Positions 19,808-28,054 of a stretch of 64,000 bases of DNA are shown one piece after another. Made by a program: the position numbers and the translations under genes. The notes beneath the pieces were generated by a model that searched no databases, had not been told where the DNA came from, and was given only the letters and a program-made list of their open reading frames with translations. The stretch spans positions 384,001-448,000 of the forward strand of contig OY969474.1 of the NCBI GenBank assembly GCA_963700145.1, given 5' to 3'. Position 1 is the first letter of the stretch. Each line of letters begins with the position of its first letter. The stretch comes from an uncultured Acidobacteriota bacterium. GTDB lineage: Bacteria > Acidobacteriota > Thermoanaerobaculia > Multivoradales > UBA5704.

Positions 19808-20202
19808 GGGCCCTCCTCGACACACATGTCCTCCTCTGGTGGCTCGAGCCCAGCCGCCGCCTCTCGCCGGCGCAACGGGAAGTGCTCGACCGCGCCGGCT
19901 CCCCGGACCCTCTCTGGGTGTCCGATATCTCCCTGTGGGAGATCGCGACGCTCGTGGAGCTCGGTCGCATCCGGCTGCAGCTCCCGCTGCGTGAGTGGCT
20001 GGAGCGGGCCACTGCGCCGCCGCTGGTGCGCCGAGTGGGGATCTCGCCGGCCATCGCCGCCGAGCTGGCCGCCCTACCGGCGAGCTTCCACCGCGATCCC
20101 GCCGACCGCATCCTGGTCGCCACGGCGCGGGTCTTCGGCGCCACGCTCCTCACCCAGGACCGGCGGATCGCCGACGCCGGACTGGTGACGACGCTCGGCT
20201 GA
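19804..20202 (+). CDS. vapC: VapC PIN-domain toxin
   Basis: LLDTHVLLW, ISLWEI, HRDPADRIL, LLTQD; GTGA overlap with antitoxin. Confidence 0.9.
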   Translation: MRALLDTHVLLWWLEPSRRLSPAQREVLDRAGSPDPLWVSDISLWEIATLVELGRIRLQLPLREWLERATAPPLVRRVGISPAIAAELAALPASFHRDPADRILVATARVFGATLLTQDRRIADAGLVTTLG

Positions 20203-20221
20203 CGTTCCGTGGTGCCGCTTC

Positions 20222-20998
20222 TCAGCTCCTCGCCACCGCCAGCGCAACGGCTCTCACGAGCTCGTCGTCGCTCGGGGCGAGAGCCTCGGCGGCGGGCTCG
20301 ACGCCGAGGCGGCGGAGAGCGCTCGTGGTGACGCCGCCGATCGAGGCGGCGCGAAGTGTCGTGCGGCGAGCCTCCCAGTCCTCGCCGAAGAGTCCCGCGA
20401 AGTGGCGGGCGATGCGCGGGCTGGTGAAGGTGACCCAGCCGAGCGGGCCGGCGGCGAAGAGCGCGGCGGCGCGGGCGGCGGCGTCCGCGGGCAGCCGCTT
20501 GTCGTAGGCGGTGACCGCCACCGCCTCGGCCCCCGCCGCCGCCAGCCCCTCCGCCAGGGTGCCCGCGGCGTCGGCGGCCTGCGGCAGGAGAACCCGCCGG
20601 CGGCGCCCGACCCGCGGCGCCAGGTCGGCGAGCAGGCCGGCGGTGTCCGGCCCGCCCACCAGCGCCGGCTCGACCTCCCAGGCGCGCAGGGCGGCGGCGG
20701 TGGCGCTGCCGACCGCCGCCGCGTGCACCCGCGCCGGCAGCGCGCCGCCCGCCGGCCCGAGCAGCGCCTCGACGGCGTTGGCCGAGGTGAAGACCACCCA
20801 GTCGTAGAGCGGCAGCTCGGCGGCGGCGCGCTCCAGCGGCCGCCGGTCGGCCGGCGGCACGACCTCGAGGAGCGGCAGGCGCTCGACGGCGGCGCCGGCC
20901 GCGGCGAACGCGGCGGCCAGCCCCTCGGCCTGGTGGGCGGCGCGGGTCACCACGACGCGCAGGCCGGCGAGGGGGGCAGGGGGGCTCGGCGCGGTCAC
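20222..20998 (-). CDS. hemD: Uroporphyrinogen-III synthase
   Basis: VVVTRA, WVVFTSANAV, FTSP, SIGGVT; follows hemC. Confidence 0.88.
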   Translation of the reverse strand: MTAPSPPAPLAGLRVVVTRAAHQAEGLAAAFAAAGAAVERLPLLEVVPPADRRPLERAAAELPLYDWVVFTSANAVEALLGPAGGALPARVHAAAVGSATAAALRAWEVEPALVGGPDTAGLLADLAPRVGRRRRVLLPQAADAAGTLAEGLAAAGAEAVAVTAYDKRLPADAAARAAALFAAGPLGWVTFTSPRIARHFAGLFGEDWEARRTTLRAASIGGVTTSALRRLGVEPAAEALAPSDDELVRAVALAVARS

Positions 20999-21912
20999 CG
21001 GCTCAGCTCCGCCAGCAACGCCTCGGCGCCAGCAGCGCGCAGGGCGGCGATGCACGCGGCGGCGGCCGCGTCGCCGGTCCCGGCGCCGCGCACCAGCCGC
21101 CGCCCGTCCGGCGAGGCGATCAGCGCGTCCAGCCGCAGCTCCCCACCCGGCTCCTCCCGCGCCCAGGCGGCGAGGGGCAGCGTGCAGTCGCCGCCGAAGG
21201 CCGCCACGACCGCCCGCTCGGCGGCGGCGGCGCGCGCCGTCGGCGGGTGGTCGAGCGCGCGGCAGAGCGCCTCCGCCTCGCCGCCTTGCCGGACCTCGAC
21301 CGCCAGCGTCCCCTGCCCCGGCGCCGGCAGCATCGCCTCCGGCGGGATGGGATGGGCGGGGAGCTCCGCGAGCCCCAGCCGGTCGAGCCCGGCCGCCGCC
21401 AGCACCACCGCCGCCGCCCCCGTCTCCCGCCACTTGCGCAGCCGCGTCTCGACGTTGCCGCGAACCGGCTCGACGGCCAGGTCCGGACGGCGGGCGAGGA
21501 GCTGCGCCCGCCGTCGCAGCGACCCGGTGAGCACGACCGATCCCTCCGGCAGCTCGTCGATCGCCGCCGCCAGCGCGCTCACCAGGACGTCGCGCGGATC
21601 GGCCCGCTCGGGGTAGGCGGCCACGATCAGCCCGTCCGGCAGCGCCGCCGGCAGGTCCTTGAGGCTGTGGACCGCGAGGTCGAGCGTGCCGTCCAGGAGG
21701 CCCTCCTCCAGCTCGCGGGTGAAGAGCCCCTTGCCGCCGTGCTGCGCGAGGTCGCCGGGAAGGACGTCGCCGGTCGTCGTCCGCGGCACCAGCTCGACCG
21801 CCAGGCCCGGGTGCGCGGCCTCCAGCGCCCGCGCCACCAGCCGCGACTGCGCGAGCGCCAAGGGGCTGCGGCGGGTGCCGAGGCGGAGAACCGGGAGGGG
21901 CGCCGCGGTCAA
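20995..21912 (-). CDS. hemC: Hydroxymethylbilane synthase
   Basis: GTRRSPLALAQ, GKGLFTRELE, VHSLKD, RGNVETRL, GGDC; TTG start overlapping hemA stop. Confidence 0.93.
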   Translation of the reverse strand: MTAAPLPVLRLGTRRSPLALAQSRLVARALEAAHPGLAVELVPRTTTGDVLPGDLAQHGGKGLFTRELEEGLLDGTLDLAVHSLKDLPAALPDGLIVAAYPERADPRDVLVSALAAAIDELPEGSVVLTGSLRRRAQLLARRPDLAVEPVRGNVETRLRKWRETGAAAVVLAAAGLDRLGLAELPAHPIPPEAMLPAPGQGTLAVEVRQGGEAEALCRALDHPPTARAAAAERAVVAAFGGDCTLPLAAWAREEPGGELRLDALIASPDGRRLVRGAGTGDAAAAACIAALRAAGAEALLAELSR

Positions 21913-23198
21913 GGCTCGTCGTCGAGCCGGAAGAGCTCGCGCACCAGGTCGAGGCGGGCCAGCTCCGAGCCCTCCTCGCGGGCGCGCAGCCGGGCGCTCG
22001 GGTGGTGGAGGATCTTCCGCACCAGCGCGCGGGTGAGCCGCTCGAGCTCCTCGTGGGTGTCGGCGGGGAACTGCGCCAGCGCGGCGGCCAGCTCCTCGCG
22101 GCGGATGCGCTCGGCCTGCTTCTGCAGGCCGGCGATCACCGGCTCGGCGTCGAGGCCGCGGTACCAGGCGCGGAAGCGCTCCAGCTCCTCGTCGATCACC
22201 CCCTCGACCCGCCCCACCTCCTCGCGGCGGCGCTTGAGGTTGCGCTGGATGATCTGCTCCAGCGAGTCGAGGGTGTGGAGGAAGACGTTGCCGAGCCGCG
22301 CCGCCTCCGGCTCGACGTTGCGCGGCACGCCGAGGTCGACGACCAGGAGCTGGCGGCCGCGCCGCGCCGTCATCGCGGCGTGGAGCTGCTCGACGGTGAG
22401 GATCGGCTCCTCGGCGCCGGTCGAGGCGACGACGACGTCGGCGGTCGCCAGCGCCGCCTCGCGCTCGGCGAAGGGGAGCGGCTGGGCGCTCGGGAACTCG
22501 GCGCGGAAGCGCTCGGCGCGCTCGGCCGAGCGGTTGGCGACCAGGAGGGCGGCGACGCCGCGCTCGACCAGGCTGCGCGCCACCAGGCGCGAGGTCTCGC
22601 CGGCGCCGATCAGCAGCACCTTGCACTCGCCGAGCCCCGAGAAGATGTTGCGCGCCAGCTCGACGACCGCGTAGCCGAGCGAGACAGCGCCGCCGGCGAT
22701 CTCGGTCTCGGCGCGGGCGCGGCCGCCGCTGACGGTGGCGGCGCGCAGCAGGCGGCGCAGGACCGGTCCGCACGCCCCGACCGTCTCGGCCAGGGCCGCC
22801 GCCTGCTTGACCTGCCCCAGCACCTCCGGCTCGCCGAGCACCATCGACTCGAGGCCGCTCGCCACCGCCAGCAGGTGGCGCGCCGCCTCGCCGTTGCGCT
22901 TGACGTAGAGCCGCCCGGGCCGCTCCAGATCCGGCGCGCGGCCGAGGAAGACCACCTCCAGCGCCGCGCGGTAGGCGGCCTCCTCGTCGCGCGGCTGGAG
23001 GAGCGCCTCGGTGCGGTTGCAGGTCGAGAGGAGGAAGGCCTCGCCCACCCCCGGCCGCGCCAGCAGGTGGACCAGCACCTCCTCGGCCTCCCGCGCGCCG
23101 TACGCCACCCGCTCGCGCAGCGCCAGCGGCGCGCAGCGGTAGTCCGTCCCCACGAGAAGGAGCGGCGGATCGGGGCGCGGCAGTAAGAGCTCGGACAT
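21909..23198 (-). CDS. hemA: Glutamyl-tRNA reductase
   Basis: STCNRTE, GLESMVLGEPEVLGQVK, GAGE, DLGVPRN. Confidence 0.95.
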   Translation of the reverse strand: MSELLLPRPDPPLLLVGTDYRCAPLALRERVAYGAREAEEVLVHLLARPGVGEAFLLSTCNRTEALLQPRDEEAAYRAALEVVFLGRAPDLERPGRLYVKRNGEAARHLLAVASGLESMVLGEPEVLGQVKQAAALAETVGACGPVLRRLLRAATVSGGRARAETEIAGGAVSLGYAVVELARNIFSGLGECKVLLIGAGETSRLVARSLVERGVAALLVANRSAERAERFRAEFPSAQPLPFAEREAALATADVVVASTGAEEPILTVEQLHAAMTARRGRQLLVVDLGVPRNVEPEAARLGNVFLHTLDSLEQIIQRNLKRRREEVGRVEGVIDEELERFRAWYRGLDAEPVIAGLQKQAERIRREELAAALAQFPADTHEELERLTRALVRKILHHPSARLRAREEGSELARLDLVRELFRLDDEP

Positions 23199-23201
23199 CG
23201 G

Positions 23202-24050
23202 CTAGAGGAAACCGTGGAAGTCGGTGAAGAAGAGATTCACCGCGACGATCGAGAAGAGGATCGCTCCCAGGCCGGTCAAGCTCACCAGCGCCGTCTGCCG
23301 CCCCTGCCAGCGGCGCAGACGTTTCAGTAACAGGGCGGTGGCGTAGAGCACCCAGGTGGCGAGGGTGAAGGCGATCTTGGGGTCGCGCACCCAGCCGGCC
23401 TGGCCCAGCCGCTCGGCCCAGAAGGCGCCCACGACGACGGCGCCGGTCAGGGCCAGGAAGCCGGCCCAGAGGGCGCCGGTCATCATCCGCTCCAGCACCT
23501 CGAGCGGCGGCAGCTTGCCGTAGAAGGTCGAGAAACGCCCGGCCTTGAGCTCGCGGTAGAGCTGCAGGAAGAGGAAGCCGTAGCCGGCGGCCACCACGAA
23601 GGCGGCGTAGCCCAGGAGCGCCAGCGAGACGTGGGTGGCGAAGAAGGCGTCGTGGAAGACCGGGCGCGGCGGCGGGTCGGGGCGGACGAGCACCGAGGCC
23701 AGGAGCTGGAAGAGGAAGGCGAGCGAGACCAGCCAGAAGCCGGTCGAGCGCTCCCGCCCGTGCCACTCGACGAAGAGGTAGACCGCGGCCACCGCGAAGG
23801 CGACGCACGACAGGGCCTGCGAGACGGTGGCGGCGGGGAGCTGCGCGTGGCGGGCGGTGAGCGCCGCGAGGTAGGCGAGGTGGAGGAGGAGCGTGCCGGC
23901 GAGGAGCGGCGTGGCGGCCCGCCGCGCCCGCTCGCGGTCCGGCCGCTCCCCCCGCGGCGGCGCGCCGAAGAAGAGCACGGCGTAGGCGACCGCGGCGGCC
24001 AGGTAGGCCACCGGCAGCAGGACGAGGGCGGCGCCGAGGAAGGTGTCCAC
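23202..24050 (-). CDS. ccsA: Cytochrome c assembly protein (CcsA/HemX-like)
   Basis: Multi-TM; conserved His residues, LPPLEVLE, WVRDPK; typical position upstream of hemA. Confidence 0.8.
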   Translation of the reverse strand: MDTFLGAALVLLPVAYLAAAVAYAVLFFGAPPRGERPDRERARRAATPLLAGTLLLHLAYLAALTARHAQLPAATVSQALSCVAFAVAAVYLFVEWHGRERSTGFWLVSLAFLFQLLASVLVRPDPPPRPVFHDAFFATHVSLALLGYAAFVVAAGYGFLFLQLYRELKAGRFSTFYGKLPPLEVLERMMTGALWAGFLALTGAVVVGAFWAERLGQAGWVRDPKIAFTLATWVLYATALLLKRLRRWQGRQTALVSLTGLGAILFSIVAVNLFFTDFHGFL

Positions 24051-24135
24051 GATGGAGGCCCTATGCTACTGTCCAGCGGCCTTTCCCGCACCCTTCGAGA
24101 GCGCCCGCCGGGACCCGCACCACGGATCGACCGCC

Positions 24136-25470
24136 ATGGCCAACGTCGTGATCGTCGGCATGCAGTGGGGGGACGAGGGGAAGGGCAAGATCGTCGACCT
24201 CCTCTGCCCGGCCTTCGATGCCGTGGTGCGCTACCAGGGGGGGAACAACGCCGGCCACACGGTCAAGTTCCGCGACCGCCACTTCGCCCTCAACCTGGTC
24301 CCCTCCGGCGTCCTCCACCCGGAGATGCTCTGCGTGCTGGGCAACGGCATGGTGATCGCCCCCGACGCCCTGCTCGCCGAGCTGGCGAAGCTCTACGAGG
24401 CCGGCGTGCGCTTCGACGGCCGGCTCTTCATCTCCAACCGCGCCCACGTCCTGCTGCCGCCCCACGCCACGCTCGACCAGGCGCGCGAGGGGGCGCGCGG
24501 GCAGACCAAGATCGGCACCACGGCGCGCGGCATCGGACCGGCCTACGAGAGCAAGGTCTCGCGCTACGGCGTGCGCATGGCCGACCTCTTCGCCCCCGAC
24601 CTCGACGACCGCCTGCGGGCGCTGCTGGCGCGCATCGAGGCGGAGCTGCAGAGCCTGGGGGTGGAGGAGTCGGTGGGCCACCCGTCGGCCCTCGCCGACC
24701 AGTGCCGCGCCTGGGGGGAGAAGCTGCGCCCGGCGCTGCGCGACACCGAGCGGCTGCTCAACGAATGGATCGCGGCGGGGAAGAGCCTGCTCTTCGAGGG
24801 AGCGCAGGGGACGCTCCTCGACGTCGACCACGGCAGCTACCCCTTCGTCACCAGCTCGAACACCACGGCCGGCGGCGCCGCCACCGGCACCGGCGTGCCG
24901 CCGTCCCGCCTCGACGGCGCGATCGGCGTGCTCAAGGCCTACACGACGCGCGTCGGCGCCGGCCCCTTCGTCAGCGAGCTCGAGGGCGAGGCGGGGGAGT
25001 TCCTGCGCCGGCGCGGCAACGAGTTCGGCACCGTCACCGGCCGGCCGCGCCGCTGCGGCTGGCTGGACCTGGTCGCCGCCCGCTACGCCCGGCTGCTCAA
25101 CGGCGTCGACGCCATCGCCCTGACCAAGCTCGACGTGCTCGACGACTTCGACGAGCTGCAGGTCTGCGTCGGCTACCGGGTGAACGGCGAGGTGCTGCGC
25201 GAGCTGCCGGCCTCGCGGCACGCCCTGGAGAGCGCCGCGCCGGTGCTGCGGGCGGTCAAGGGCTGGAAACGGAGCACCGGCGGGGTGCTCGAGGTGGCCG
25301 ACCTGCCGCCGGCGGCGCGCGACTACCTGGCGCTGATCGAGGAGGAGGTGGGGGCGCCGGTGGCCCTCGTCTCGACCGGCCCGCGCCGCGAGGAGACCGC
25401 GCTGACCGGCGATCCCGCCCTCGCGCGCCTCACCTCCGGCCGCCTGGCCGCCGTGCTCGCGCAGCGATAA
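24136..25470 (+). CDS. purA: Adenylosuccinate synthetase
   Basis: QWGDEGKGK, GGNNAGHT, FEGAQG, EFGTVTGRPRRCGW, TKLDVL. Confidence 0.97.
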   Translation: MANVVIVGMQWGDEGKGKIVDLLCPAFDAVVRYQGGNNAGHTVKFRDRHFALNLVPSGVLHPEMLCVLGNGMVIAPDALLAELAKLYEAGVRFDGRLFISNRAHVLLPPHATLDQAREGARGQTKIGTTARGIGPAYESKVSRYGVRMADLFAPDLDDRLRALLARIEAELQSLGVEESVGHPSALADQCRAWGEKLRPALRDTERLLNEWIAAGKSLLFEGAQGTLLDVDHGSYPFVTSSNTTAGGAATGTGVPPSRLDGAIGVLKAYTTRVGAGPFVSELEGEAGEFLRRRGNEFGTVTGRPRRCGWLDLVAARYARLLNGVDAIALTKLDVLDDFDELQVCVGYRVNGEVLRELPASRHALESAAPVLRAVKGWKRSTGGVLEVADLPPAARDYLALIEEEVGAPVALVSTGPRREETALTGDPALARLTSGRLAAVLAQR

Positions 25471-25528
25471 GGCGCGGCTTTCGCGCCGGGCTCCGATCGA
25501 CCGCGAGCGGGCCTTCTATACTCCATCC

Positions 25529-25604
25529 GGGCGGTTAGCTCAGCTGGCAGAGCAACGGGCTTTTAACCCGTGGGTCCAGGGTTCGATCCCCTGACCGCCC
25601 ACCA
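25529..25604 (+). tRNA. tRNA-Lys (anticodon TTT)
   Basis: 76 nt; GGGCGGT/ACCGCCC acceptor stem, ACGGG-CTTTTAA-CCCGT anticodon arm, GTTCGATC T-loop, encoded CCA; TATACT -10 at 25517. Confidence 0.97.
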
Positions 25605-25617
25605 CCGTTCCAGCTTT

Positions 25618-25975
25618 GCGGTCCTCAACCTACGCGCTTTGGCTGCCGAATGGAGCGCCGCGGTCCTCTACTTACGCGGTTCGGCGCTCCATTAGAGGGT
25701 CGCGGTCCTCAACCTACGCGGTTTGCCGGGCCGTTGGGCTGGGTTGCCTGCCGAAATGGCAGATTTTGTCCTCGGCTTACGCGGTTCGTCCGGCAAACCG
25801 ATAGAGTCTGTCCTCGGTTTACGCAGTTCGTCCGCAGACCCAGCCCAATCGGTCCTCAGCTTACGCAGTCGGCCGCGCGCGAAGGGCTCCGCGGTCCCCA
25901 ACTTACGCACTTGGCCCGCCGACCCGGTCCAATCGCGCGCCGCCGGAGCTTCGCCGGTCCTCAACCTACGCAGTC
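25618..25975 (+). repeat. 8-copy interspaced direct-repeat array with 21-bp phasing
   Basis: Core GTCCTC-NNYY-TACGC at 25621, 25663, 25705, 25768, 25810, 25852, 25894 (GTCCCC), 25957; spacings 42,42,63,42,42,42,63. Confidence 0.9.
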
Positions 25976-26006
25976 GGCCGCGGCGCGCTGCTACGCTGCC
26001 GCGCGA

Positions 26007-26879
26007 ATGAGCCAACCGGAGCTGGTGATCATGGCCGCGGGCATGGGCTCGCGCTTCGGCGGGGCCAAGCAGGTTGTGCCCGTCGGTCCCGGCGGCGAGA
26101 TCGTCCTCGACTACTCGGTCTGGGACGCGGCGCGCGCCGGCGTCGAGCGGGTGGTCTTTGTCATCCGGCGCGACATGGAAGAGGACTTCAACACCCGCCA
26201 CGGCAGCCGCTACGCGGGCCGGCTGGACGTCGCCTACGCTTTCCAGGAGCTGGAGGGGCGGCGGAAGCCCTGGGGGACGGCGCACGCGGTCCTTGCGGCG
26301 CGGCCGCAAGTCGGCGGGCCGTTCATGGTCGTCAACGCCGACGACTTCTACGGCGCCGAGGCGTTCGCCCGGATGGCCGAGTTCCTGCGCGGCGAGCCGC
26401 GCGACTACGCGATGGTCGGCTACGAGCTGGGGAAGACGCTCTCGCCGCACGGCCGCGTCGCGCGCGGCGTCTGCGCGGTGGAGCCCGACGGCACCCTCCG
26501 CGCCGTCGTCGAGCACACCGCGATCGAGCCGGCGGACGGCGGCGCGCGCGCGGTCGAGCCGGGCGGCGGCGAGGTCCGCTTCACCGGCCGCGAGCCGGTG
26601 TCGATGAACTTCTGGGGCTTCCTCCCCGACCTCTTCCCCCGCCTCGAGGAGCGCTTCGCCCGCTTCCTCGCCGAGTGCGGCGACGACCCCGCGGCTGAGC
26701 TCTACATCCCGTCGGTCGTCGACGAGCTCATCCACGAGGGACAGGCGCGCGTCCGTGTCCTCCCCACCTCCGGCCGCTGGTTCGGCATGACCTACCCCGA
26801 GGACCGCGACGAGGTGGCCGCGCGCATCCGCGAGCTGGTCGCCCGCGGCGACTACCCCGAGGAGCTCTGGCCGCGGTAG
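26007..26879 (+). CDS. Sugar-phosphate nucleotidyltransferase family protein
   Basis: MAAGMGSRFGGAKQ, KPWGTAHAV, VNADDFYG, VSMNFWGF, WFGMTY; ATG at 26007. Confidence 0.88.
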   Translation: MSQPELVIMAAGMGSRFGGAKQVVPVGPGGEIVLDYSVWDAARAGVERVVFVIRRDMEEDFNTRHGSRYAGRLDVAYAFQELEGRRKPWGTAHAVLAARPQVGGPFMVVNADDFYGAEAFARMAEFLRGEPRDYAMVGYELGKTLSPHGRVARGVCAVEPDGTLRAVVEHTAIEPADGGARAVEPGGGEVRFTGREPVSMNFWGFLPDLFPRLEERFARFLAECGDDPAAELYIPSVVDELIHEGQARVRVLPTSGRWFGMTYPEDRDEVAARIRELVARGDYPEELWPR

Positions 26880-28054
26880 CGCGCCGCGACGCGCGCGTAG
26901 GCCTCGCGGAAGGGCACCCCTTCGTCCAGCACCAGACGGTAGGCTTCCTCGGCGGCGTGGAGCTCCGGCGGCAGCTCGATGCGCTCGGGGTGGAAGCGCA
27001 CTTCGGGCAGGGCGGCGGCGAGGAGCGCCAGGGTGTCGGCCGCCAGGTCGATGCCGCGGAACAGCGGCGCCTTCAAGAGCTGGAGGTCGCGGTGGTAGCC
27101 GGAGGGGAGCTTAGCGGTCACCGCCAGCGCTTCGAGGAGGCAGGCCTGCGCCGTGGCGCCGCGGCCGCGCACCAGCTCGAGGAGGTCGGGGTTGCGCTTC
27201 TGCGGCATGATCGAGGAGCCGGTGCAGAGGGCCGGCGGCAGGCTGGCGAAGCCCAGCTCGCGCATGCTGAAGAGGATCAGATCGGCGGCCAGCCGCCCGA
27301 GGTCCTGCATCAGGAGCGCGATCTCGAAGAGGGCCTGCGCCTCCGCCTTGCCGCGCGAGAGCTGGACCGCCGTCACCGGCTCGTGCACCACGGCGAAGCC
27401 GAGCCGCGCCCGCGTCGCCTCGCGGTCGAGGGGCAGCAGCGGCACCCCGTACCCCGCCGCCGAGCCGAGCGGGCTCTTGTCGGCGCGGCGCAGCGCCGCG
27501 GCGAGCCCCTCGGCATCGTCGCGCAGCTCGGCCGCGAAGCCGCCGGCCCAGAGCGGCACCGAGCTTGGCATCGCCGGCTGCATGTGGGTGTAGCCGGGGA
27601 GCGGCGTGGCGGCTTCGCGCGCGGCCAGGCCGTCGAGCGCCGCCGCCACCTCGAGCGTCCCGTCGCGCAGCGCGGCGAGCGCGTCGCGCAGGTAGAGGCG
27701 GAGCGCCGCCAGCACCTGGTCGTTGCGCGAGCGGCCGAGGTGGAGGCGCCCGCCGGCGGCGCCGATCCGCGCCGTCAGACGCCGCTCGAGCGCGGTGTGG
27801 ACGTCCTCGTCGGCCAGCTCGATCGCCCAGCCGCCGGCGGCGTGCTCGGCGGCGAGGGCCGCGAGGCCGGCGCGGATCGCCGCCAGGTCGTGGGCGGCGA
27901 GGAGGCCGGCGGCGTGGAGCCCTTCGGCATGGGCGATGGAGGCTCGCACGTCGTAGGCGACGAGCCGCGCGTCGAGCCGGTGGTCCTCGCCGGCGGTGTA
28001 GCGGAGCACCCGCTCGTCGAGCGGCTCCCCCGCGTCCCAGAGGCGGCCGCTCAT
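26852..28054 (-). CDS. argH: Argininosuccinate lyase
   Basis: GRSRNDQV, GYTHMQ, GSSIMPQKRNPD, GYHRDLQ. Confidence 0.95.
   Translation of the reverse strand: MSGRLWDAGEPLDERVLRYTAGEDHRLDARLVAYDVRASIAHAEGLHAAGLLAAHDLAAIRAGLAALAAEHAAGGWAIELADEDVHTALERRLTARIGAAGGRLHLGRSRNDQVLAALRLYLRDALAALRDGTLEVAAALDGLAAREAATPLPGYTHMQPAMPSSVPLWAGGFAAELRDDAEGLAAALRRADKSPLGSAAGYGVPLLPLDREATRARLGFAVVHEPVTAVQLSRGKAEAQALFEIALLMQDLGRLAADLILFSMRELGFASLPPALCTGSSIMPQKRNPDLLELVRGRGATAQACLLEALAVTAKLPSGYHRDLQLLKAPLFRGIDLAADTLALLAAALPEVRFHPERIELPPELHAAEEAYRLVLDEGVPFREAYARVAARYRGQSSSG

Noticed and set aside
20995-23808. Apparent long fusion ORFs (hemC 937 aa; likewise argC 766 aa, argB 500 aa, TPR 587 aa)
   Set aside because: Real starts are internal and overlap or closely follow the upstream stops; extensions are off-frame readings of neighbouring genes
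25529-25620. Integrated element at tRNA-Lys
   Set aside because: No integrase and no duplicated tRNA 3' end noticed; flanking genes are housekeeping
25618-25975. CRISPR or TIGR array call
   Set aside because: Repeat is only 15 nt and degenerate, spacers are quantised and self-complementary, there is no two-repeat/two-spacer unit, and no cas or tas gene is in the window
25650-26006. 119-aa N-terminal extension on the nucleotidyltransferase
   Set aside because: Family homology begins at ATG 26007; the upstream frame is open because repeat spacings are multiples of 3
26852-26879. Convergent 3' overlap of argH and the nucleotidyltransferase (also 17754-17764)
   Set aside because: Short convergent overlaps are ordinary in high-GC genomes
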